A DNA stretch of 64,000 bases, taken from the NCBI GenBank assembly GCA_016930485.1, contig JAFGGP010000013.1, forward strand, positions 217,157 to 281,156, written 5' to 3'. Below are positions 42,112 to 48,899 of the stretch, one piece after another. Each line of letters starts with the position of its first letter. The first letter of the stretch is position 1. Both the position numbers and the translations under genes were made by a program. The notes below the pieces were generated by a model. The model searched no databases and was not told the origin of the DNA. It worked only from the letters and a program-made list of their open reading frames with translations. The DNA is from Candidatus Omnitrophota bacterium (GTDB taxonomy: Bacteria > Omnitrophota > Gorgyraeia > JAFGGP01).

Positions 42112-43495
42112 GCGTACGGCCCCGTTCCTTCCGCCGGCTGATATGTATGCCGGCCTTCCGGCATACACGCCGGCACTCATTACACCTGATGCACTCGCTA
42201 TTCTTAATGCCCTCACCGTCGATGCACGCAGTCTCGCACGCCAGACCGCATGCGCCGCACCTCGAGCAGTTCGTCTGTTCCATCCGCAAAGAAAAAACCG
42301 AAAAACGCGAAAGGAGGGCCAGCGCCGCGCCCGTGGGACAAAAATAACGGCACCAGAATCGTATGACAAATACCCCTATGGCCAATACACTACTAACAAG
42401 GACCCAGTCAAGAATGCCTCCGCGAAGGCGAAAGCCCGTCACAAACGGCTCATACCGGGACAGATCAACCGTGGGGATAACAAATGAGGCAGAAAGGATA
42501 ACAGCAAGCAAGGAATATTTTATATACTTGAGCCGTCTATCGATTCGTCGGGGAATGATCAGCTTTGTATTGGGGACTGCGGCATACACAATCTCCTGGA
42601 GTGCGCCAAATGGACACAGATACCCACAGTATACCCTGCCATAGAACCCGGTAAGGATAATAATAAAGCCGGTATAAAAGAACCAAAAATACGTATACGC
42701 AAAAACAGGCAACTCCAGTGTCAAAAGGGTCCGTAGGTGACTAAGCGACAGGAACTCACCTGCAAGAAAACCGAAATAGACAACACTGATACATAAGATA
42801 ACATAGCGCAGTTTTCTCTGTAACACATAGTCGTACAGTGCTAAAAAAATGAGCAATATCAATACAGCCAGCTTCGTAAGCGGATGCAACAGGTACGCAA
42901 AAAAAGAAAGGGGTTTCTTGACTGTTTCCGGGAAGGTTTCTCCCGTTTTCCCTAAGAGCTCACGATTGACCAGTGCGATGCTTTTTTTGATCGATCGGGC
43001 AACACAACCCGCCGATACCGTTGCTCCGGTAATGCCGTCGATATCCCCGCCGAGTATCAGTGGGTCGTCCGGGGTCTTTCCGGTAAACTGCCCCAGGAAC
43101 CAGTCGGATTCGATGGCCATCGCATATGAGGCAGTTTCACGGTGCCTGAGAATCCGCGCGCCCGTGACGGAACCGGCGCGGTTTATTCCCAGTGCCACCT
43201 GAATGGGCCCTTCATAGCCCCGTTCCCCGGGAACAAGCTGGGTCGTTATAACGGCGTAGCCAAGAATCTCCTCGGAGGCAAGGCGTCGGTAGAGGCCAAA
43301 GACGGTGAAATGGGGAATTTTTTTTTCGCTGTACTCAACCCGCGTAACGGTACAGTCGCCGGGAAAAAGCCCTACGGCCAGGTCCCGGTCGATAAGAAGC
43401 GGCGGACCGCTTGACTGTCTGACTGTTACGTGGCAATAACATAACGTTACTATGAAAAGGGCCCACAGAAAAAGGGAGGCCGCTTTTTTGGACAT
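42101..43495 (-). CDS. FMN-binding domain / NapH-NosR-like polyferredoxin membrane protein
   Basis: N-terminal anchor. FMN_bind domain with the flavinylation motif DIDGITGATVS. TM block with CGYLCPFGALQE and CRYFCPTGAA. C-terminal 2x[4Fe-4S] CSRCGACGLAC...CIRCNECRRVC. Confidence 0.85.
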   Translation of the reverse strand: MSKKAASLFLWALFIVTLCYCHVTVRQSSGPPLLIDRDLAVGLFPGDCTVTRVEYSEKKIPHFTVFGLYRRLASEEILGYAVITTQLVPGERGYEGPIQVALGINRAGSVTGARILRHRETASYAMAIESDWFLGQFTGKTPDDPLILGGDIDGITGATVSAGCVARSIKKSIALVNRELLGKTGETFPETVKKPLSFFAYLLHPLTKLAVLILLIFLALYDYVLQRKLRYVILCISVVYFGFLAGEFLSLSHLRTLLTLELPVFAYTYFWFFYTGFIIILTGFYGRVYCGYLCPFGALQEIVYAAVPNTKLIIPRRIDRRLKYIKYSLLAVILSASFVIPTVDLSRYEPFVTGFRLRGGILDWVLVSSVLAIGVFVIRFWCRYFCPTGAALALLSRFSVFSLRMEQTNCSRCGACGLACETACIDGEGIKNSECIRCNECRRVCRKAGIHISRRKERGRTHAI

Positions 43496-43531
43496 GCACC
43501 GCCCTCGCATCACTATAGTTCATGGTGTGCT

Positions 43532-44074
43532 CTACGTCTCTGAAAAGACATCCGCCGAAAATACAAAGAGCTCGCTCTCGTCGTCTCTCCAGGCATCTTC
43601 CGGCAGGCCGGCCTTGATGCAGATATGCCGCAAAAATGTATCGCGATCCCATCCATATCGGGCTGCAACCTGGGGTAGGAGAAGGCCGGAAAAGAAACCC
43701 TTTCGGATATAAAGCCCATGAAGGCCTATGTGGATCTCGCTGGGCGCCTGAATTCTCTGAAATTCACTGAGTATCGAGAGCTCAATGGTTATGGAATTAA
43801 CCTCTTCGCTTTGAAGCGGGTGAAAACGGGGGTCATGGAAGGCCGCCTGCAGGGCCATTTCTCGGATGACGTCTATAAGCACCCGGTCAGCGGCAATGTG
43901 ACCAATGCAGCCGCGCAACTCACCTTCTTTTTCGAGTGTGACAAAGGCCCCGCACTTTTCAAGAAAAACAGGGTCAACGGCAACCGGTCGTACCGGTTTT
44001 TTTCCTTTGAGGGAATCACCGATTGCCTGCCTCGCAACCGTCAATAATGTTCTTTTCTGTATTTCGTTAAACAT
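43532..44074 (-). CDS. AMMECR1 domain protein (AmmeMemoRadiSam system protein A), stand-alone
   Basis: LRGCIGHI, FHDPRF and SGLLLPQV. 180 aa with no signal sequence. Confidence 0.9.
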   Translation of the reverse strand: MFNEIQKRTLLTVARQAIGDSLKGKKPVRPVAVDPVFLEKCGAFVTLEKEGELRGCIGHIAADRVLIDVIREMALQAAFHDPRFHPLQSEEVNSITIELSILSEFQRIQAPSEIHIGLHGLYIRKGFFSGLLLPQVAARYGWDRDTFLRHICIKAGLPEDAWRDDESELFVFSADVFSET

Positions 44075-44218
44075 CGCGACTATCGTCTTGCCGACTCTGC
44101 ATTGTCAGGGTCGTTTACTGCGCATCTCTTGAAATGCCAAAAAGCATCACGTCAGTAACAGTAACCAGCAAAACAAATTCTACGAAGCCATGCATGAAAA
44201 TAGCATGGCGAAGTAGAA

Positions 44219-44240
44219 TGGTGGAGCTGGGGGGATTTGA
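44219..44240 (-). repeat. 22-bp direct duplicate of the tRNA-Ala 3' end (att-like)
   Basis: tggtggagctggggggatttga is identical to 44411-44432. On the minus strand this is TCAAATCCCCCCAGCTCCACCA, running from the T-loop to CCA. Confidence 0.85.
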
Positions 44241-44410
44241 CGCCTGCGCCTTCGCAGGGGCTCCGGCTCCGGTCGGTCACTCGGCCACTGACGGGCGGTC
44301 ATTCCTGACTTACGCCCTTCTCCTCACCTATCGGTCGGCGTGGCCTCACTTCAAATCCCCTTCTACAACTATTGCATCAAACAGCGCCACACACGTATTA
44401 CAACATAGTT

Positions 44411-44486
44411 TGGTGGAGCTGGGGGGATTTGAACCCCCGACCTCTTGAGTGCGATTCAAGCGCGCTCCCAACTGCGCTACAGCCCC
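44411..44486 (-). tRNA. tRNA-Ala (anticodon CGC)
   Basis: Cloverleaf by hand: acceptor GGGGCTG/CAGCTCC with the G3:U70 alanine identity pair, anticodon arm CTTGA-ATCGCAC-TCAAG, T arm GGGGG-TTCAAAT-CCCCC, with CCA encoded. 76 nt. Confidence 0.95.
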
Positions 44487-44495
44487 ACACTAAAA

Positions 44496-44660
44496 AATTC
44501 CAAATAACAAATGAATCGCCTCACTACCGATTAAACCCTACATCCGAAACCCTGCCATTTTATCCCCACATTGAAATGTGGGGCTGCACTATTTTCCTGA
44601 TTTCATTTGGATTTTGTCTGCCTGCCGAACAGACAGGGATTGCGTCATTTGTCATTGAAA
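44496..44660. repeat. intergenic repeat element, copy 2 (~165 nt)
   Basis: Same ordered blocks as 25346-25488, including an identical hairpin ccccacat-tgaa-atgtgggg (44564-44583). It also carries a copy-specific ~26-nt insertion that is itself a hairpin (tgtctg-cctgccgaa-cagaca). Confidence 0.7.
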
Positions 44661-44669
44661 AGTTATGTA

Positions 44670-45239
44670 TTATGTCTGCCCGGCCTTGCACCGAAGACAC
44701 ACACCGGAAATAAGTGTCAGATATTCGTATTTGAATGCATCGTCTATCTTGACCCCTGTCACTTTACGGCAGCCTGTAATCGTAATATTAACCATATGTG
44801 CATCCGGGACCACGTTAAACTCGAGAAAACTGATATCCGAACTCAAAACGGTCGTCTGTGCCCCTCCCCCGTCGGGTGTGCGGATGCACTCAAGATCGCT
44901 GCCGCTTAATTGATACTCATACTTTGTGTCATCGCTAAAAACGCTGGGGGTGTTTAATTCGTCCACCCATATTTCAAGGTGCTCGGCACTGATGCGGTTA
45001 ATTGCGGTTCCTTTTTTCAAGTTACTCTGCATGTGTTCCATAATAAAGGCGACATCGCTGGCGATTCGGGATTGCGCGCTCGCCGACTTGAAAAATCGTC
45101 TGCTTGAGACATCAATCATCATGACCGCGATAAACACCAGGCTCGAGAGCACCACCGCCAGCATCAGCTCAACAATATTGACACCGCTACAGCTCCTGAA
45201 GACGTCGCTCCTCAGAATTATTCGTTTGGCTCGTTCCAT
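44670..45239 (-). CDS. minor (pseudo)pilin with prepilin-type N-terminus
   Basis: ...RSCSG/VNIVELMLAVVLSSLVFIAVMMI: Gly at -1, Glu at +5 and a hydrophobic helix. Last gene of the pilin block. Confidence 0.65.
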   Translation of the reverse strand: MERAKRIILRSDVFRSCSGVNIVELMLAVVLSSLVFIAVMMIDVSSRRFFKSASAQSRIASDVAFIMEHMQSNLKKGTAINRISAEHLEIWVDELNTPSVFSDDTKYEYQLSGSDLECIRTPDGGGAQTTVLSSDISFLEFNVVPDAHMVNITITGCRKVTGVKIDDAFKYEYLTLISGVCLRCKAGQT

Positions 45240-45631
45240 GTCACTTTTGTCGTTACCTTTTTATAATCGCCGATATCCTCGATGCGCAGGTAGGAAGTCC
45301 CGCTAAAGATATAACCAAAGCTGTTTCCAGGGTCATTTGGCACGCTCGGAAACTCACCGGAATACCCGGTGGCGGTGGCAGGATCAATAAAACCGTCCGC
45401 GTCTGCGTCAGGCAGTGCCAGCGTATCTTGCAGGACTGTTTCAAAATGGCCTCGTGATCTCACGGACTCCATAAGCTGGCGCGAAAAATTAAGTGCCGTC
45501 ATACGCCTGCTCTGCCGGTCGACCGCTCGCTCGGCAAGGGAAAAGACCTGAAACATCCCTGCCATAATCACCGTCAGAAGAAGCATCGAGGTAATTACTT
45601 CGATAAACGTAAGTCCTTGCTGGTCCTTCAT
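45218..45631 (-). CDS. minor (pseudo)pilin with prepilin-type N-terminus
   Basis: MKDQQG/LTFIEVITSMLLLTVIMAGMFQVF, a short leader with Gly-1 and Glu+5. Confidence 0.75.
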   Translation of the reverse strand: MKDQQGLTFIEVITSMLLLTVIMAGMFQVFSLAERAVDRQSRRMTALNFSRQLMESVRSRGHFETVLQDTLALPDADADGFIDPATATGYSGEFPSVPNDPGNSFGYIFSGTSYLRIEDIGDYKKVTTKVTWNEPNE

Positions 45632-45633
45632 CG

Positions 45634-46407
45634 CTAATTCACCTTAACGAGAATGAGCACTGCCCCCTCTCCCTCTGAAAGCTCGCTCAGTGCCTTGCCC
45701 AGCGCCATCCCGTACTGCAGCTTCGCTGGATCGGCCTTCATTGCATAGCCTGCTTTTGAGCTGGTCACTAAGATATCGCCGCGTTTGATTGGGCCGCCCT
45801 CGGTAGTAGCATTGCACATCACTCTGCCTGCAAGGGCAAGCGGTTTGCCCGATTCAGGGTCCCCTATTTTAAAAACAGGGTTTTGCGATATTATCCCCGC
45901 AACCGTCGCGTCATAAGGTGCATAACTTTTAATGACAGCATCATCATTATCAGGATCTATCACAACAACATCTCCCCCCTCGCAACCATCGGCTCGAATA
46001 TACTCTGCAATATCAGGATGAATCTGACCTCCATTAAGCGATATAGTGCTAGTCCCTGTGGCAGAGCCGACAATCAAATTGCCAAGAACTGTAGCGTTAT
46101 TGCCGACACTCAAATCCTGACTTACGCTCACCCCGCCGCCCGTATCCATCAGGTCGATCGTATTTGCCTGCAGCACGACGCTATTGGCCGTAGTATTCAC
46201 CTGCAGCATAGTGCCGCCCCCTGCGGTAAAATCATCCTCAACGATCAGGTCCCCTCCGTCACCCGCAACCTCCACCACCTCGACCATCTTAAACTTACCG
46301 TACGGGGCCGGATAATAGGTGGTAAGAGTAATATCCTCGGCGGATAGCGTGTGATATGAGAGCACAATCAGAAAAAAAATCAGTAGGCCGAACCGCCATT
46401 TTTTCAT
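45634..46407 (-). CDS. secreted protein embedded in the pilin block, function unknown
   Basis: Signal peptide MKKWRFGLLIFFLIVLSYHTLSA/ED, then TTYYPAPYG. A Gly/Thr/Asn/Val-rich middle region suggests a beta-solenoid, and there is a C-terminal module (GDVVVIDP...YDATVAGIIS...ALAGRVMC...GDILVTSSKAGYAMKA). No pilin N-terminus. Confidence 0.7.
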   Translation of the reverse strand: MKKWRFGLLIFFLIVLSYHTLSAEDITLTTYYPAPYGKFKMVEVVEVAGDGGDLIVEDDFTAGGGTMLQVNTTANSVVLQANTIDLMDTGGGVSVSQDLSVGNNATVLGNLIVGSATGTSTISLNGGQIHPDIAEYIRADGCEGGDVVVIDPDNDDAVIKSYAPYDATVAGIISQNPVFKIGDPESGKPLALAGRVMCNATTEGGPIKRGDILVTSSKAGYAMKADPAKLQYGMALGKALSELSEGEGAVLILVKVN

Positions 46408-46488
46408 AATCCCCTCCTCTGGTATCGCTGTTCATGACAATGCGATTGCTGTGCGGTTTCTGAATATCCCACGAAAGGAAAATACCTG

Positions 46489-46932
46489 CTATGGATTGAA
46501 GGGCCCTTGCACATCTCCCGACTTTTGAATCCTATACCTGTCACCCTCGCGCGCCCCTCTCAGACGTGTTGCCTCGGCAATAAAATCCTCCAGGAGCGTG
46601 TCCGGCGGCGGTGGGGGGGCAAGAGAATAGCTAAAATCCCTCTGGGATTCAACGCGGGCATTCGGGTTTTCGATATTAAGGAGATTGAGGTCGTCGCTAA
46701 AAACCCTGTATTCAGAAAAATACACCTCTTGACCGGCCCGGATCAGGCGAAGCAACGCCCTCGCCTCCTTGGTCCTGGCGTTCTCCGCCACATCAATATA
46801 CTGGGGCATAACGAGTATAAAGAGAACAGAGATAATTAATAGAACGACGAGCACCTCTGCGAGTGAAAAGCCACTTGTAGCATGCTCCATTGAGCCAGCT
46901 CTTTTTGGCCTGTCGCACTGATTTGGGTGCAC
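46489..46932 (-). CDS. type IV pilin-like protein
   Basis: ...HATSG/FSLAEVLVVLLIISVLFILVMPQY. GTG start with AAGGAG 8 nt upstream. Confidence 0.8.
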   Translation of the reverse strand: MHPNQCDRPKRAGSMEHATSGFSLAEVLVVLLIISVLFILVMPQYIDVAENARTKEARALLRLIRAGQEVYFSEYRVFSDDLNLLNIENPNARVESQRDFSYSLAPPPPPDTLLEDFIAEATRLRGAREGDRYRIQKSGDVQGPFNP

Positions 46933-46961
46933 GTTATATCTCCTTAGAAAAATACATCAAT

Positions 46962-47025
46962 AAAAAAACCGTAGACAGTTTATCTCTGGCCGATTATGGC
47001 GCCTGTGAAAAACATACATCTACGG
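46962..47025 (-). terminator. possible attenuating terminator after the major pilin gene
   Basis: Minus strand CCGTAGA (47025-47019) pairs with TCTACGG (46975-46969), followed immediately by T7 (46968-46962). The 43-nt loop is large, so this is weakly supported. Confidence 0.3.
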
Positions 47026-47060
47026 CTTCTTTACGTAACTTCCGGTAGCGGTAGGGAGTA

Positions 47061-47486
47061 TTACCGGGTGACTGCAAACTGGTGTTCACCGCCGATCGCG
47101 CCGGTCTGATCCATGGTAATGGTCTGGCCGTGCCAGGGTCCCCCGTTTCGCGTAGCAATAGCAGTGAAACCAAGGTCGGTCGCACCGCATACCTCATAAG
47201 CGAAGTATCTGCCCGAAATGTCGACGTCCAATATAGCATTAATAGCGCTCATATCGGTCGCGTTCACATAACTTTCCCATTCAAGATAGTAGAGCTTTTC
47301 ACCGGTCAGAATGCTTCCAAGGTTGGTCTTCGCCTCACCTGTTTTTGCCTTCTCAATGGAGTTCGCGTATTGAGGCACCGCAATGCTTGCAAGAATGCCT
47401 AAAATAATCACAACGATGAGCACCTCGATGAGAGTAAAGCCCCTGTTCTTCACACCCCACCTCCTTTTCTGTTTGCCCGTTCGCAT
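47061..47486 (-). CDS. major type IV pilin / GspG-like pseudopilin
   Basis: ...VKNRG/FTLIEVLIVVIILGILASIAVPQY is a canonical prepilin cleavage/methylation site. It has its own strong promoter. Confidence 0.9.
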   Translation of the reverse strand: MRTGKQKRRWGVKNRGFTLIEVLIVVIILGILASIAVPQYANSIEKAKTGEAKTNLGSILTGEKLYYLEWESYVNATDMSAINAILDVDISGRYFAYEVCGATDLGFTAIATRNGGPWHGQTITMDQTGAIGGEHQFAVTR

Positions 47487-47524
47487 ACCTTGCCTTACCT
47501 ATTGTAGATACATCTGTTAAAGTA

Positions 47525-47553
47525 AGTATAGCCAACTATCCGAGCCCTGTCAA
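47525..47553 (-). promoter_or_regulatory. sigma-70-type promoter for the major pilin gene
   Basis: Minus strand TTGACA (47553-47548), 17 nt, TATACT (47530-47525), about 38 nt upstream of the ATG at 47486. Confidence 0.65.
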
Positions 47554-47664
47554 GGGAATTTCTCTCATCAGGCATGATCATTTCAATGCCCTTTTCTCCA
47601 AGCGCATCTACCCTCTCGGGAATAGAAAACCAGGCCTCTTTTTTTCGGTCCTCACGGTAAAAGA

Positions 47665-48885
47665 TCAGCCGATTGTCGAAATCTTAAATATCGGCAAGAA
47701 CATCGAGACAACCAATACGCCGATTGTCGTGCCCACCAGAATAAGAATGGTTGGCTCGATCAAGGTCGTAAGCTTGGAGACAGAGGCGTTGAGGCGCTCC
47801 TCATAAAACTCCGAGATCCTGTCAAGCATCTTGCCCAGTTCTCCGATTTCTTCTCCCACCGCGACCATCTGCGTTACCATAACCGGAAATACACCGCTTT
47901 CTTCCAGCGGGGTTGCCATGTTTTTACCATCGCGCACGTCGGCCTTAACCGCATTGAGTACGTCCTCTACAAGGGCGTTATTCGATGTCTTGCCTACAAT
48001 TTCAAGGGCATGCAATATCGGCACACCGCTCTTGATCAAGGTTCCCAGACCGCTGGCAAACCGGGACGCCTGCAGCTGAACAACGATGGTGCCGATGACC
48101 GGGGCATTAAAAAGGGCAATATCCTTAATTCGGCGCCCCTGCGCTGTTCTTAAAAACAGAAATGCCCCGTACCCGCCGGCTGCCAGTGCTATCAGGAGAA
48201 CCCAGAAATACCGCTTAAGCCAGTAACTGATGGCGATAACAATCTGGGTGAGTTGGGGCAGTTCCATATTAAACCCCTCAAAGATCTTCGAAAAAACAGG
48301 GATAACGTGTGTCAAAAAAACAAGGATCGCTGCCACTGACACGCCGATTAAGATAGCCGGATAATAGATTGCCGCCATGACCTTTCGCCTCAGCGAGGCA
48401 ATCGATTCCAGATGCTTCACCAGCTGATCAAGGCTTGACGGAAGATGTCCGCTCGCCTCGCCCGTCTCAACAAGATTAACCCAGAAAGAGCTAAATACCT
48501 TTGGATGGGAACGGAGCGCCCGTGAGAACGGTTCGCCGCCCTGAATCGCCTTACGCACATCCGTCAATACCTTCAAAAGCTGTTGACTCTCGACCTGCTT
48601 GGCGATAATATCGAGAGACCTGAGAAGTGTTACGCCGGACTCGAGCAGGGTTGACAATTGCCGGCCAAACAGTATCAGGTCATCCAGCTTTATCCGTTTG
48701 TGCATCCGGCTCCGCATGAACAAAAACTTCAGACTCCAGCTCTTTCCCTCATCTACCTTGATAAAGGTAACCGTAAGCCCTTTTGCCTGGAGCATGGTAA
48801 TGGCTTCGTCTTTATTAATGGCATCGAGGGAGCCTTTTTGCGTTTGTCCGGTCTTATCGCGTGTTGTGTATATATATCGTGGCAT
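47665..48885 (-). CDS. type II secretion system F family platform protein (PilC/GspF)
   Basis: Two T2SSF repeats and three TM segments. 406 aa. Confidence 0.9.
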   Translation of the reverse strand: MPRYIYTTRDKTGQTQKGSLDAINKDEAITMLQAKGLTVTFIKVDEGKSWSLKFLFMRSRMHKRIKLDDLILFGRQLSTLLESGVTLLRSLDIIAKQVESQQLLKVLTDVRKAIQGGEPFSRALRSHPKVFSSFWVNLVETGEASGHLPSSLDQLVKHLESIASLRRKVMAAIYYPAILIGVSVAAILVFLTHVIPVFSKIFEGFNMELPQLTQIVIAISYWLKRYFWVLLIALAAGGYGAFLFLRTAQGRRIKDIALFNAPVIGTIVVQLQASRFASGLGTLIKSGVPILHALEIVGKTSNNALVEDVLNAVKADVRDGKNMATPLEESGVFPVMVTQMVAVGEEIGELGKMLDRISEFYEERLNASVSKLTTLIEPTILILVGTTIGVLVVSMFLPIFKISTIG

Positions 48886-48899
48886 ATATTGCCCCTCTC

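Noticed and set aside
41881-42369. Full-length 162-aa version of the small ORF downstream of the polyferredoxin gene
   Set aside because: The first 86 codons overlap the ferredoxin-cluster coding region out of frame and are Arg/Ala-rich nonsense. Only the distal 76 codons (from the ATG at 42111) make a plausible TM protein.
44219-44486. tmRNA (ssrA), suggested by the GGGGCTG 5' end, the G3:U70 pair and a second ...CAGCTCCACCA end
   Set aside because: The 5' part is a complete ordinary tRNA-Ala with D and anticodon arms. The distal copy lacks the 5' half of a T-stem. I could read no resume codon or tag reading frame, and the span is too short for a tmRNA with its pseudoknots.
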